NCBI GenBank assembly: GCA_965372715.1
Contig: CBDVDH010000007.1
Coordinates: forward strand, 18,580 to 82,579
Source: an uncultured bacterium
Lineage (GTDB): Bacteria; B130-G9
DNA: 64,000 nt
Direction of reading: 5' to 3'
Of this stretch, positions 50,380 to 60,993 are shown piece by piece. The notes under the pieces are model-generated. The model saw only the letters and a list, made by a program, of their open reading frames with translations. It did not search any database and had not been told where the DNA came from. The position numbers and the translations under genes were made by a program. Position 1 is the stretch's first letter, and each line of letters starts with the position of its first letter.

Positions 50380-53300
50380 CTATTGAGCCGAAATCGGGTA
50401 GTGAAAGCCCATATCGACCGTGCCGGTGTCGGGTGAGCCGTCCGCCTGCGTCGTCCGATCCGATAGCCCGGCCATTGCCGACGACTGGCTGCCGGCGTCT
50501 ATGCAAGGGCTTTCGGGATGAAGGTAATACTCGCCGAACGGCCCCGTGACCAACAGCGGGTCATCGTGGATGTTGCCCTCGCCCTCGTCGTGGTCCTCAA
50601 TACAGCAATAGGTCCCGGAGCAGCCCTCTAGGTCGTCGCCGTTGCCCCAGATGATGCAGTTCTCAATGGTTGGGGTGGCTTCCTCCTCACAATAGATGCC
50701 GCCGCCTGCGCCGGATTCCGCTGCCGAGTTGTCAACTACAGTGTTGTTAGTGATGATTGGTGAGCTATGAGAGTCGCAATATACCCCTCCCCCGTCGAGG
50801 CCACCAAACAATGCATACACCCAATTGGCGATTATCAAGTTGTTTGAAATGGTTGGCGAACTGAGAGCGCAGAGTATCCCGCCACCACGCTTGCCCGCAC
50901 TGTTCTGCCCAATAGTGTTGCCACTGATCGCCGGCGAACTCTCATCAAGAAATATCCCCCCGCCGTCGTACCATACTGAGTTGTTCCTTATTTCGTTGTC
51001 CAGGATCGTCGGCGAACTGCGCTTGCAGTATATGCCTGCGCCGCCGCCCCACGAGGAGTTGCGCGTTATCGTGTTGCTTAAGATGATCGGCGAGCTATCG
51101 TTTTCGCAGCAAATGCCGCCGCCCAGAGAGTGAGTGGTGTTTTTATTGATGGTGTTTTCCGAAATTGTCGGCGAGCTCTCATCGCAGAGTATGCCCCCGC
51201 CCAGCAAGGACGCAAAATTGAGGGTTATCATGTTGCCCTTGATCGTTGGCGAGCAGCTCTTGCAGCATATTCCCCCTCCACCACTGTTAGTCTGCGCCGC
51301 CGACCCGTGCGCACCATTTCCCTCAACGATGTTATCCAAGATCATCGGGGAGCTCTGTGCGCAGTATATCCCGCCGCCGCTCAGAACTGCCGTGTTGCGT
51401 GATATCTTGTTTCGTTCAATCAAGGGAGAGCTGTCCGATTCGCAACAGACTCCGCCCCCAGAGGAGAACGCCAAATTGCCGGTGATCGTGTTATTCAGCA
51501 TCATTGGCGAGCTTTCACTGCAGTAGATGCCCCCGCCCCCGACGGCCGCGTAGTTATCCGTTATTATGTTGCTCTGGATTCGCAAAGAGCTGTTGACGCA
51601 ATACACTGCCCCGCCGCACTGATCAGCCTCCGACGCACCATAGGCCGAGCCGCCGGTCATCGTGAGACCCTCCACAATGAGGTTCTCCACGCCGATGCAG
51701 CGAATGATGTGATGGGCGGAGTCCTCCCCGTCCAGAATGGCAGTGTCGGCGCCGTCGCCTGAGATGGACACGAGGCTTCTCATCGTGAGAGGGTAAGTCT
51801 CGCCGTTCGTGGTTGCCGAATACGTGCCGGCCGCAGCGTGGATGGTCGCCGGCCTTTCCTCGGAGACCGGGGCCGAAGCGAGTGCGCAGGTAATCGTTTT
51901 GAACGGCGCCTCCGGGGAGCCATCGCCCAAGTCGTTGCCCACCTCGCCATTCACATAGAGGTGCTGCGTCCCCTCAATCCAAATGGCCAGCCTTTCAGTG
52001 GCCGACTCGGACCACTGGTAATCATCGTCCCGAACCCGGAATGAGATGGTATGGGTGCCTAGGGAAAGATCGCTTGCGAGCCTCTGAAAGTCCTTCTCAA
52101 CAGATAAGACACCGTCGAGGTCTGAGCTCCATTGGTAAGCCTCGATTGTCCCATCCTTGTCGGTGCCATGGCCTCGGAATCCAACTGTGTCACTGCCGTA
52201 TATCGCGGGATTCGGTGATATCGAATCGATATAAGCCACCGGTAACGGAAACTGAGCCTCGATGACAAGCTCCTCGGTGGCCGCCCTCGACCAGAGTCCC
52301 GAATCATCCTGCACTCTGTAGGAGATGACGTGCGCGCCCAATTCGAGGCGCCACGCGGGGTAGCTGAAGTGCTCGCTAGTGCTGAGAATGCCTTCGAGGT
52401 CAGAAGACCATTCGTGCATGTTAACGGTCCCGTCAGCGTCGGTCCCGTGCCCGACGAATTGAATGGTGTCCACGTATTGTGTAGCTGGATTGGGCGAAAT
52501 GGAGTCGATATATGCGATCGGTCGTTCGCCTGCCGGGATCGGGTAGTGAAAGCCCATATCGACAATATCAGTGTCGGGCGCGCCATCTGCCTGCGTCGTA
52601 CGGTCGGACAGGCCCGTATCCTCTGCCGACTTGCTGCCGGCGTCGATGCACGGGCTGTCGGGGTGAAGGTAGTAATCTCCCAGAGGGCCAGCGACGAACA
52701 TGGGGTCGCATTCGATATTCCCCTCGCCGGAATAATGGCCGTATCCCTGCCAGACGCAGCAATACCTCGGCGTTCCGATGTTATCATTGGTTTGACCTAT
52801 GAAGATGCAGTTCTGAACTTCTATGCGGCCATCTTCGTTCTCTATTGCATCTGCGCCCCACCCTGAGTAATTCCCCTTAAATGTGCAGTTCTCGATTACT
52901 GTGGTAAAACCATCAAAACTGCCACAGTATATCCCACCAGCTTTGCCCCAGCCAACATCATTCCACACGATCAGGCAATTCGTGACAGTTGGGTTGACAG
53001 CAAAAATGCCTGCCGCTTGATTACCCGCGTAATTATCACCTATGACACAATCTGTGATTGTGATAGTGCTCTCTGGTCCAGGAGAGTATATCCCTCCCCC
53101 AAAATCAGCTTGATTGTTCTCGATCACACAATTCCGGACTTCAGTGGCGCTGTACCTACAGTATATCCCCCCACCGGAACTGTGGGAAGTCTCACTTGCA
53201 CCGTTTTCCGTTATTGTATTGTCTAGTATTCTGAGATGGCTGTTGTAGCAGTATATGCCGCCACCGCCGTTTTCTTCATGTTCATAGTCCCAATGACTCC

Positions 53301-54072
53301 CTGTGCCTCCCGTAATGGTCAATCGTTCAATTGTTGCGCCGGTCACATTCATACAATAGAATATATGTCTGGAGTACATCTCTCCGTCGAGAATAGTATT
53401 TTCCGCACTATCGCCGACAACCGACACCCAGCTCTTCATGTTGAGTGGGAAGCTCTCACCGTTGGTCCAGGCAGCGTAGGAGCCGGCCGCGACGTGGATC
53501 GTGATCGGATCCCCCTCGGATCCCCCATAGCGAAGGCTACGGTTTATCGTCTTCCAGGGGGAGCCTTCGGACCCGTCATAAGAGTCGTTACCCAGCTGGC
53601 CATTGACGTAGTAGTGAGTGCCGACCGCCTGGTAGATCTGAAACGGGCACTGGTCAACGGAGAGGATGCCGGAGGCGCCTGTGCCCGCGCGGGAGACCGC
53701 GGTCACGTAGGTGTAGTTGCCGGGCACAGCGTCGGTCGGTATAACCTGATCGATGATCATCTCCGGTCCCGCGGCGAAACTCGAAGGCAGCGTCAGATCA
53801 GAATACCAGGGCCAGATGCCGACTGCGAAGCCGTTTTGGGTGAGCGAGACCGTGGAGCCGTCCGGCAGCACGATTGCAGCGAAGATATCCACAACGATAT
53901 CCACGCCTCGGTTCTCAACACTCATAAAGCCCTGTAACACGTCGCCTGCCGCGAACTCGTCCGCATTAAGCGAACAGCTCACCTCTATATCGACCTGCGC
54001 CTGCATCGCGAGAACGGCCACGGGCAGCCAAATCAGCAGGAGAGAGATCAGTATGATCCAATGTCTTCTCAT
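50380..54072 (-). CDS. secreted right-handed parallel beta-helix repeat protein (two beta-helix modules plus Ig/PKD-like domains)
   Basis: Signal peptide MRRHWIILISLLLIWLPVAVLA. Dozens of GGGIYC...N.I..N units. Internal duplication (AYIDSISPNP...EWSSDL appears twice). The track ORF begins at 54093. Confidence 0.8.
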   Translation of the reverse strand: MRRHWIILISLLLIWLPVAVLAMQAQVDIEVSCSLNADEFAAGDVLQGFMSVENRGVDIVVDIFAAIVLPDGSTVSLTQNGFAVGIWPWYSDLTLPSSFAAGPEMIIDQVIPTDAVPGNYTYVTAVSRAGTGASGILSVDQCPFQIYQAVGTHYYVNGQLGNDSYDGSEGSPWKTINRSLRYGGSEGDPITIHVAAGSYAAWTNGESFPLNMKSWVSVVGDSAENTILDGEMYSRHIFYCMNVTGATIERLTITGGTGSHWDYEHEENGGGGIYCYNSHLRILDNTITENGASETSHSSGGGIYCRYSATEVRNCVIENNQADFGGGIYSPGPESTITITDCVIGDNYAGNQAAGIFAVNPTVTNCLIVWNDVGWGKAGGIYCGSFDGFTTVIENCTFKGNYSGWGADAIENEDGRIEVQNCIFIGQTNDNIGTPRYCCVWQGYGHYSGEGNIECDPMFVAGPLGDYYLHPDSPCIDAGSKSAEDTGLSDRTTQADGAPDTDIVDMGFHYPIPAGERPIAYIDSISPNPATQYVDTIQFVGHGTDADGTVNMHEWSSDLEGILSTSEHFSYPAWRLELGAHVISYRVQDDSGLWSRAATEELVIEAQFPLPVAYIDSISPNPAIYGSDTVGFRGHGTDKDGTIEAYQWSSDLDGVLSVEKDFQRLASDLSLGTHTISFRVRDDDYQWSESATERLAIWIEGTQHLYVNGEVGNDLGDGSPEAPFKTITCALASAPVSEERPATIHAAAGTYSATTNGETYPLTMRSLVSISGDGADTAILDGEDSAHHIIRCIGVENLIVEGLTMTGGSAYGASEADQCGGAVYCVNSSLRIQSNIITDNYAAVGGGGIYCSESSPMMLNNTITGNLAFSSGGGVCCESDSSPLIERNKISRNTAVLSGGGIYCAQSSPMILDNIVEGNGAHGSAAQTNSGGGGICCKSCSPTIKGNMITLNFASLLGGGILCDESSPTISENTINKNTTHSLGGGICCENDSSPIILSNTITRNSSWGGGAGIYCKRSSPTILDNEIRNNSVWYDGGGIFLDESSPAISGNTIGQNSAGKRGGGILCALSSPTISNNLIIANWVYALFGGLDGGGVYCDSHSSPIITNNTVVDNSAAESGAGGGIYCEEEATPTIENCIIWGNGDDLEGCSGTYCCIEDHDEGEGNIHDDPLLVTGPFGEYYLHPESPCIDAGSQSSAMAGLSDRTTQADGSPDTGTVDMGFHYPISAQ

Positions 54073-54653
54073 CGCGAGGTCCTCCAAGTTCATTACACTT
54101 ATAGCAACGCAGCGAAAACACTGGACGGATTCATAAGCAGATTCCGTACCAATTAAATAGAATACCTGCTTTTTGGCGCATTTGCTCGGATCTTTGTGGT
54201 CCCCAATAATCAGATTGATTTGGTATCGCGAATCGTAGGATCATATGAATCGGGCACTTGAAAGGTCAGTTGTCGGGCCATAGTTGGTTTTGGTCTTGCA
54301 CCCGTTGGGTGATGATTTGGAGTGCGGGGACCTGGCACCGCTTTCACTTGCCGCAGCCCGATGCGGCGCCTTTTTTTGATTAACAGCTCCGGGAAGTCCG
54401 GATCGGTGCCTTTAGGGTCTTAAGAGCCGTGCATTAGGGGTGGTGTCGAGCCACCACCAATGAAATCCGCCGCGCGGCGGACGCACTCCAAAAAGCCAGA
54501 ACCAGCTTGGGTCATTTGACTATTGCGAGCGCGGCTGATCGTTGCTTTTTTGGCACTAGGTCTGCGATAATCCACAACACGTGATAACACCTGATACAGA
54601 ATCATAGTGTGGCTTGCTGGCTGCGTGTGTGCTGCAATCAACGGGAAAACCAA

Positions 54654-55454
54654 ATGAGGGTCGGATTCTTCCAGTTTTGTCCCGAATGGGGCGAGAAGAG
54701 TAAGAACATTGATAGGGTGCGCAGACTGGTCACAAGCGCGGCATGTGATCTTTGGGTTTTGCCAGAGCTGTTCAACACCGGATACTTATTCTCGGGCATG
54801 GATGAGGCGCGGGATTTGGCCGAGGAGGTTCCGTCGGGGCAAACCACACAGGCGCTGCTTCAGATCGCCTCGAAGAACCATGTCGCGATCGTCGGCGGGC
54901 TGGCCGAGCGCGACGGTGACAAGCTCTTCAACTCGTCAGTGCTGGTCGGCCCCAGCGGTGAGGTGTTCTGCTATCGCAAGCTGCATCTATTCGGCTACGA
55001 GAAGGAGGTATTCGAGCCCGGAGACCGCGAGCCGGAGGTCTTCGAGGTTCTCGGCGTCAAGGTCGGGATGATGATCTGCTTCGATTGGTATTTCCCTGAG
55101 ACGGCGCGGATACTGATGCTGAAAGGGGCGCAGATTATCTGCCACCCCGCCAACCTCATCCTGCCATATTGCCAGAAGTCGATGCCGACGCGGTGCCTGG
55201 AGAATCGGGTGTTTGCCATCACGGCGAATCGCACCGGGACCGAGACCGTCGGAACGCGAGAGTTGACTTTCACGGGCGGCAGCGTCATCGTCGATCCATT
55301 GGGAAACGTTCTGGCCAGCGCGTCGATAGACGGCGAGGAGTTTGAGGTTGTTGATATCGATCCTGAGGCGTCATCAGATAAGAGGTTGACGAGCAGGAAC
55401 GATCTTCGCTCGGACAGACGTGTTGAGCTCTACGGTGAGTTGCTGCAAGAGTGA
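54654..55454 (+). CDS. carbon-nitrogen hydrolase family protein (nitrilase/amidase superfamily)
   Basis: RVGFFQF...LWVLPELF (catalytic Glu), a CFDWYFPE/Cys region, and a Lys. The track ORF begins at 54609. Confidence 0.8.
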   Translation: MRVGFFQFCPEWGEKSKNIDRVRRLVTSAACDLWVLPELFNTGYLFSGMDEARDLAEEVPSGQTTQALLQIASKNHVAIVGGLAERDGDKLFNSSVLVGPSGEVFCYRKLHLFGYEKEVFEPGDREPEVFEVLGVKVGMMICFDWYFPETARILMLKGAQIICHPANLILPYCQKSMPTRCLENRVFAITANRTGTETVGTRELTFTGGSVIVDPLGNVLASASIDGEEFEVVDIDPEASSDKRLTSRNDLRSDRRVELYGELLQE

Positions 55455-55475
55455 GACCTCAGATGGAACATACAC

Positions 55476-57626
55476 GTGGCTGAACGCAGAAAACCAGGCA
55501 AACGTCGCAGCTTCGTGCTGACGAGGCGCATGACGATCTACGATCTGTTTCGCGAACGCGTCTTCAAGGAGGCGCTCTCTGTTCTGATGATCGCTGTCGC
55601 GGCGATCTCGCTCGTCAGCCTCTGGGGCGGGGATTCGGAGACCAATCCGGTCGGCCTTGTCGGCCGCTTTCTATCCGGCGCGTTCGCTCTTGTTTTCGGG
55701 GAAGTCCCATCCTATCCGCTCCTCGTGATTCTGTTTGCATTCGCTTTTGCCACGCTAATCAGGAGGAAACCGAGGCTTCTGCCGCTGAAGATCATCGCCA
55801 CTTTCGTGTTCACAGTAGCGCTCGGGACGATCTACGCGCTCATCAAGGGGCACGCGTCGATGCAGGAGGCGTTTTTCGCACGCGAGCTCGCCAGGTTCCT
55901 GATTGACTATTTCAGTGCGTTTGGGGCCATCGTCCTGATCATAGCTCTTTTGCTCGCCTCGGCAATGCTCGTGGCCGGGGTTGGCATCGGTCAGGTCTTT
56001 GGCTTCCTTCTCCGCATCTTCGGCAGAACGGCTAAGCAACGGGCGGACGTGCTGGCTGAGCCAGCCTTGGCGACTTCAAAGGCGAAGAGAAGGCGAGAGG
56101 CCAAGAGGCCAGGCGAAACGCCCGCCTCGGGCCCTGCTGGCATAGGGTGCCCCGCTATCGCGAGCGAGGGTTACCAGGCCCCGGCGGTGGACCTTCTGGA
56201 CCCGACCGGGCGCATGGACAGCGCTGAGCGGCAGAGCAATCTGATCAGAAAGGGCGAACTGATCGTCGAGAAGCTGGCCGACCACAACATCGAGGGCAAG
56301 ATAGCGGGCATCCTCACGGGGCCGATCATCACGAGGTTCGAGTTCCGGCCAGCGCGGGGAGTGAAGCTCAGCAGGATAGTCTCACTCGCCGACGACCTTG
56401 CGCTGGCGATGAAGGCGAAATTCGTGCCTCGTATAGCGCCCATCCCGGGCAGGTCGGTGGTCGGGATCGAGATCGCCAATGAGAACCGTCGCATAATAAG
56501 GTTCCGCGAGGTTCTGTCGTCAGGCCAATTCCATGATAATCCAACGAAGCTGAAGCTCGCCGTCGGAACTGATATCGCGGGCCAGCCGCACGTCATCTCC
56601 CTCGAGAGCATCACGCATATCCTCATCGCTGGGGCAACCGGGACGGGCAAGTCAGTCTGCATCAACTCGATGCTTTGCAGTCTGCTCTACTCGACCAGCC
56701 CGGAGGAGCTTGAACTCATCCTCATCGACCCCAAGATGCTGGAGCTGTCGCCATACAATGGCATCCCGCACCTGCGCGAGCCGGTTATCAGCGACGTGCA
56801 GAGCGCGGAACTCGCGTTCAGATGGGCAGTCTCCGAGATGGACCATAGATACCAACTCCTGGCCGAACGGAGGGTCCGCCACCTAAACGAATACAACGAG
56901 CGCGTTCTCGAGGAACGGAAGGCTCGCGCGAGCGAGCTCACCGGACTTGGGCCCCAGGAGATGCCGCCCGAGCTCAAGACCATCCCCAACCTCGTCATAG
57001 TCGTCGATGAGCTTGCCGACCTCATACTCTCGGCGAGGCAGGCAATCGAGGTCCCGATAATCAAGCTCGCCGCCAAGGCCCGCGCCGCTGGCATCTATCT
57101 CGTGCTCGCCACACAGCGGCCATCTGTTGATGTGGTAACTGGGCTTATCAAGACAAACTTCCCATCGAGGCTCGCGTTTAGGGTCGCCCAGAAGGTCGAT
57201 TCGAGGACGATACTCGATCAAAACGGCGCCGAGAAACTGCTCGGCAGGGGCGATATGCTTTTTCTGACGCCTGGCGTCGCAGGTCTCACTCGTCTGCACG
57301 GCGCCTTCATTTCTGAGCGAGAGATCGAAAGGATCGTCAGGCATCTGAAAAAGCAGCCGGCGCCGGTTCGCGAGAGCTCGATCTTCGACGAGGTCGAGCA
57401 GCAGGAGACGCTCGATATCGAGGGCGCGGACGATCCGCATTACAGAAACGCCGTCGAGATAGTCGTCCGCTCCAAATACGCCTCGATCTCGCTGCTTCAG
57501 CGCAAGCTCAAGATCGGCCACAGTCGTGCGGCCCGCTACATCGACATGATGGAGCAGCAGGGCGTAGTCGGCCCCTTTAGAGGCAGCAAGCCCCGCGAAG
57601 TCCTCGTGGACGACGTCAGCTTCTAG
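55476..57626 (+). CDS. ftsK: DNA translocase FtsK
   Basis: N-terminal TM helices, motor domain HILIAGATGTGKSVCINSML, and a C-terminal gamma domain. GTG start. Confidence 0.9.
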   Translation: MAERRKPGKRRSFVLTRRMTIYDLFRERVFKEALSVLMIAVAAISLVSLWGGDSETNPVGLVGRFLSGAFALVFGEVPSYPLLVILFAFAFATLIRRKPRLLPLKIIATFVFTVALGTIYALIKGHASMQEAFFARELARFLIDYFSAFGAIVLIIALLLASAMLVAGVGIGQVFGFLLRIFGRTAKQRADVLAEPALATSKAKRRREAKRPGETPASGPAGIGCPAIASEGYQAPAVDLLDPTGRMDSAERQSNLIRKGELIVEKLADHNIEGKIAGILTGPIITRFEFRPARGVKLSRIVSLADDLALAMKAKFVPRIAPIPGRSVVGIEIANENRRIIRFREVLSSGQFHDNPTKLKLAVGTDIAGQPHVISLESITHILIAGATGTGKSVCINSMLCSLLYSTSPEELELILIDPKMLELSPYNGIPHLREPVISDVQSAELAFRWAVSEMDHRYQLLAERRVRHLNEYNERVLEERKARASELTGLGPQEMPPELKTIPNLVIVVDELADLILSARQAIEVPIIKLAAKARAAGIYLVLATQRPSVDVVTGLIKTNFPSRLAFRVAQKVDSRTILDQNGAEKLLGRGDMLFLTPGVAGLTRLHGAFISEREIERIVRHLKKQPAPVRESSIFDEVEQQETLDIEGADDPHYRNAVEIVVRSKYASISLLQRKLKIGHSRAARYIDMMEQQGVVGPFRGSKPREVLVDDVSF

Positions 57627-58458
57627 CGGCGAGCCCAGTCCGTTTCAGCAGGCACTCCCGCAAGGCCACGAGGTCTGAGGGACGCCGGTCATTGGAGACC
57701 TGCCATTCGGCCACGGCCTCGGCCAAGTCGATGTCGGCTTCCCCAGGCGCAAGACTGCCCTTCGAGCCGCGTATGTAAGACCGCGCCTCTCGAAAGAGCG
57801 GCTTGCCGGGGAAGGTCTGGGGCCAGTCGCCGGCATTGATGGTCTGCTTGATCTCGTTGTGATACTTGGAGAGGTTGCTAGCGATGCTATTCTCTGCCAG
57901 GTTTGCTCTCGGGAGACCGCAGACATGCCTATGCCAGTCCTTGGTTTCCAATATGTAGTCCAGAGCACTTGTATGGTCTGTTATCTCGTCTTGAGTAGGG
58001 TCGGGGGGAAAGCTTCGTGTCAGTTCGATACGAAGGTCTGAAAGAGATCTCTTGCACACAACCCACCACGTCAGCGCTGTGGCCCTCTTCTTTACCCGAC
58101 GTTCTATCTCGGACGCTCTCCTGGTCAACCCCTCTGCGGCACAATTCGCAAGCGCGTCCCAGTCAAGCAGGTAGTTCTCGACCTCGTACCGCGGAATAGT
58201 GAAGACGTAAGCGTGGGGATTCGTCCAATCCGGGAAGTTGGTCTCGCCGAAATCTTTGTCTCGAACTCCAAAGACATTCGTGCGTTGGTCCGGGCCTGAA
58301 CGAGCACCAGTTGTCAGCGCGCTCACGCTTTCCCGGCCCCCGGCCACGGCGAAGCCGATTCTCGGGTCTTTCTGCCAAAGTGCGCGGAGGTATTCCTTTG
58401 TCAGCTCGTCCTCCACCCAGACGACGACAGCTCGCCTCTTGTATAGCGACCTAAGCAT
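57616..58458 (-). CDS. DUF4435-like (TOPRIM-like) protein, AriB-like partner of the upstream ATPase
   Basis: 280 aa. N-terminal VVVWVEDELTKEYLRAL resembles the VEGxxD motif of OLD/TOPRIM-like DUF4435 proteins. 8-nt overlap with the ATPase gene. Confidence 0.45.
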   Translation of the reverse strand: MLRSLYKRRAVVVWVEDELTKEYLRALWQKDPRIGFAVAGGRESVSALTTGARSGPDQRTNVFGVRDKDFGETNFPDWTNPHAYVFTIPRYEVENYLLDWDALANCAAEGLTRRASEIERRVKKRATALTWWVVCKRSLSDLRIELTRSFPPDPTQDEITDHTSALDYILETKDWHRHVCGLPRANLAENSIASNLSKYHNEIKQTINAGDWPQTFPGKPLFREARSYIRGSKGSLAPGEADIDLAEAVAEWQVSNDRRPSDLVALRECLLKRTGLAARS

Positions 58459-59506
58459 TGTGCTCCGGTCGGTCCCGGATCACAGGCTTGTCGTTTGGAC
58501 CGAGACGCGGGTCGCCCTCGTGAAGCAGCCAAAACCGCTCGTAGCTCATTACCGAATCGAGGATCTCTGCCGAATGCGTCGCCACGATGATCTGCGTGTC
58601 AGGCAGAAGCACTCTCAGTGCTCTCATTATGGCGCAGTGCCACTCTTCGTGCAGGTGTAGCTCCGGCTCGTCGATCAGGACGATTCCGCCCCGGTAGTCG
58701 TTCATCGTGAACCAGCCGGCCATCGTCAGAACCTCGATCTCGCCGGAACTGAGGTCGTTCACCGGGATTTCTGCGCCGTCTTTTCTCCGAAGGTAAAGGT
58801 TGTAGCCTCCATCAGGGTCATCCATATCGACTGACCTGACGAAAAACTCCGCCTCGTCCCCGGGATAGAATATCTTCCAGGCCTTCTCGAGAGGATCAAT
58901 GATGGCTCGCACCTTGGGATTCGATCCAGGATCAAGCCTGTTCATGGTTGAGTATAGCCACAGATTCCTGCACTTCTTTTGGAGAGCTACGAGCCGGTCT
59001 GCTTCCTTACGGTCTTCGTCCTTATCTCCCTTCTCATCCGCGACCGGCAGCGATGCAACAAGCTTGGGCGTCCGCCAAGATGTGAAATACGAAATCGGGA
59101 TTGCGACGCGACGAAGAAGACCGGGGACAGGCCAATCCATCGCGGCAATCTCGAGTCTCATCGTCCGGTGATCTTCGTCCCACACTTCCCCAATGTGCCA
59201 TTTCATCTGATCGGATTGCCACTCCGTCTGAACAGACTCATCTTTAATCAGAGCATCGGCTTCGATCTCGAAGTTTTCAGCGCCGGCTTTCACGTTGCTC
59301 AATGGATTCTCAGCTGAAGCAGCCATTAACTGCTTGCGGCCGCAAGCGATCAGGATCGCTTCCAGGACGGAGGTCTTGCCGCAGCCGTTGGGGCCGGCGA
59401 GGACTACGAGGTCGAGCGGATTGCCGTCGGGATCGGTGAAGTCGAGGTCGAGCTCGCCGATGCACCTGAAGTTGCGAATCTTGAGGCCTTTGATCTTGAT
59501 TCCCAT
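58451..59506 (-). CDS. ABC/SMC-like ATPase (AAA_15/AAA_21 type), AriA-like
   Basis: IKGLKIRNFRCIGELDLDFT...VLAGPNGCGKTSVLEAI (Walker A), VLIDEPELHLHEEW (Walker B / D-loop) and a terminal ATHS. Confidence 0.75.
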   Translation of the reverse strand: MGIKIKGLKIRNFRCIGELDLDFTDPDGNPLDLVVLAGPNGCGKTSVLEAILIACGRKQLMAASAENPLSNVKAGAENFEIEADALIKDESVQTEWQSDQMKWHIGEVWDEDHRTMRLEIAAMDWPVPGLLRRVAIPISYFTSWRTPKLVASLPVADEKGDKDEDRKEADRLVALQKKCRNLWLYSTMNRLDPGSNPKVRAIIDPLEKAWKIFYPGDEAEFFVRSVDMDDPDGGYNLYLRRKDGAEIPVNDLSSGEIEVLTMAGWFTMNDYRGGIVLIDEPELHLHEEWHCAIMRALRVLLPDTQIIVATHSAEILDSVMSYERFWLLHEGDPRLGPNDKPVIRDRPEHNA

Positions 59507-59631
59507 GCCGAAAGGTTACATTTCCCGTCCGCTGCATTCAAGCACGATCGTGCCCGAAACCCGGGATACCCACGAGCCACCGCACTCCCCGTCCTCGAAG
59601 GGCCGCCTGCCAAACACACGATGTCAGGCTA

Positions 59632-60993
59632 TCATGCGCTCGGCGAGGAGCGTGCGAGCAGCGAGTAGAACATCCCGTCGCAGTCAGAAGTATGTGGCAG
59701 AAGGGTTATGCCGAGGCCGGTTGCGGAGGCGCGCAGCGCCTCGGGGAAGTTGCGGACGGGCTGCACTCGAAAATCGCCGTTGCGCCTCAAGAACTTCCCG
59801 ATCACTTGCTCGTTCTCCTCAGGCTCCAGGCTGCACGTGGAGTAGAGAATCGTTCCGCGGGGCTTTGCGAGGGTCGCGCACGATTCCAGCATCTTCAGCT
59901 GTAGCCTGGCGAGCTTCCCAAGATGAGCCGGCCCTACCCGCCACCTTATCTCCGGGTGCCGGCGGATGGTGCCGGTACCTGAACACGGTGCGTCCAGCAG
60001 CACAAGATCGAATGATTCCGTTCTCAAGGGCGCATAAAGAAGATCGCTTGCGACGAGTCGGACGTTCTTCAGGCCGAGCCGCTCAACCTGCCGTCTGGCG
60101 TCTTTGACCTTTCTTGCGTAGATGTCGTTGCCGAATACCGATGCGTTGGGAAAGAGCTCCGAAAGATGCGTGAGCTTCTGGCCGACGCCGGCGCAGACAT
60201 CGACAATCGATTGCGGCTTGAGCCCTTCAAGCACCAGGCTCAACATCTGGGCGCCCTCGTCCTGAATCGTGAATAGGCCCTCATGCCATTCCGGGGTCTC
60301 CTTTGGCGAGCCCGTGCCTGAGAGCCTTAGCGTGTGCGGGCAAACAAGGGATTTTCTGGCGTCAAAACCTCGCTCCTTGAGTTTCACTGCAAGACCGCTG
60401 GGCGTCGTCTTCGTTACGTTGACCCGAACGGTCTTCGGAGGCGCCTGATTGAGCGCCGAGACGAGTCTGACCAGCTCCTTCCTCCCGAAGCGCCGACTCC
60501 ATCTTGAGATGAGCTGTTCGGGGAACGAAAAGGCCAGTGCCACAGACCTGATGAACTCTGCCTCATCCGCCTTGAGCGCGATTTGAGGCGGCTCAAGGGA
60601 GGTTTTACGGCTCACGAGGCGCCTCAGGAGGGCGTTGACGAAGCCAGACGCCTTTTCACCGCAGCGCTGTTTGGCGATTCGCACCGTCTCGCTGACTGCG
60701 GCGAAATCAGGCACGTTGTGCAAAGACATTATCTGATACGCCCCGAGCCTAAGCGCCGTGGCTGTTGGGACGTCGGTTCTGTCCGGCTTGAAGGAACCAG
60801 CCTGCGCGAGATAGTAGTCGAGCAAGGTCTGGTTTCTGAGCGCGCCAAAGACGAGTTCTGTGGCCAGATGCCGTTCCGCGGGAGGCAGATCGGGGTTTCT
60901 GGCAAGCAGCGCGCTCAGCAGCACGTCCGAGTGGCTGCCCTGGGTCTGGACGCGCGTCAGGACTTCAAATGCTATTGCTCGAGCGGAGGTCAC
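59632..60993 (-). CDS. rsmB: 16S rRNA (cytosine967-C5)-methyltransferase
   Basis: NusB-like N-domain, then a Fmu/RsmB catalytic domain with DAPCSGTGTIRRHPEIRWR. Confidence 0.9.
   Translation of the reverse strand: MTSARAIAFEVLTRVQTQGSHSDVLLSALLARNPDLPPAERHLATELVFGALRNQTLLDYYLAQAGSFKPDRTDVPTATALRLGAYQIMSLHNVPDFAAVSETVRIAKQRCGEKASGFVNALLRRLVSRKTSLEPPQIALKADEAEFIRSVALAFSFPEQLISRWSRRFGRKELVRLVSALNQAPPKTVRVNVTKTTPSGLAVKLKERGFDARKSLVCPHTLRLSGTGSPKETPEWHEGLFTIQDEGAQMLSLVLEGLKPQSIVDVCAGVGQKLTHLSELFPNASVFGNDIYARKVKDARRQVERLGLKNVRLVASDLLYAPLRTESFDLVLLDAPCSGTGTIRRHPEIRWRVGPAHLGKLARLQLKMLESCATLAKPRGTILYSTCSLEPEENEQVIGKFLRRNGDFRVQPVRNFPEALRASATGLGITLLPHTSDCDGMFYSLLARSSPSA

Noticed and set aside
50825-51526. 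+ strand ORFs with IVGELRAQSIPPP repeats
   Set aside because: Antisense reflection of the GGGIYC beta-helix repeats of the big exoprotein gene.
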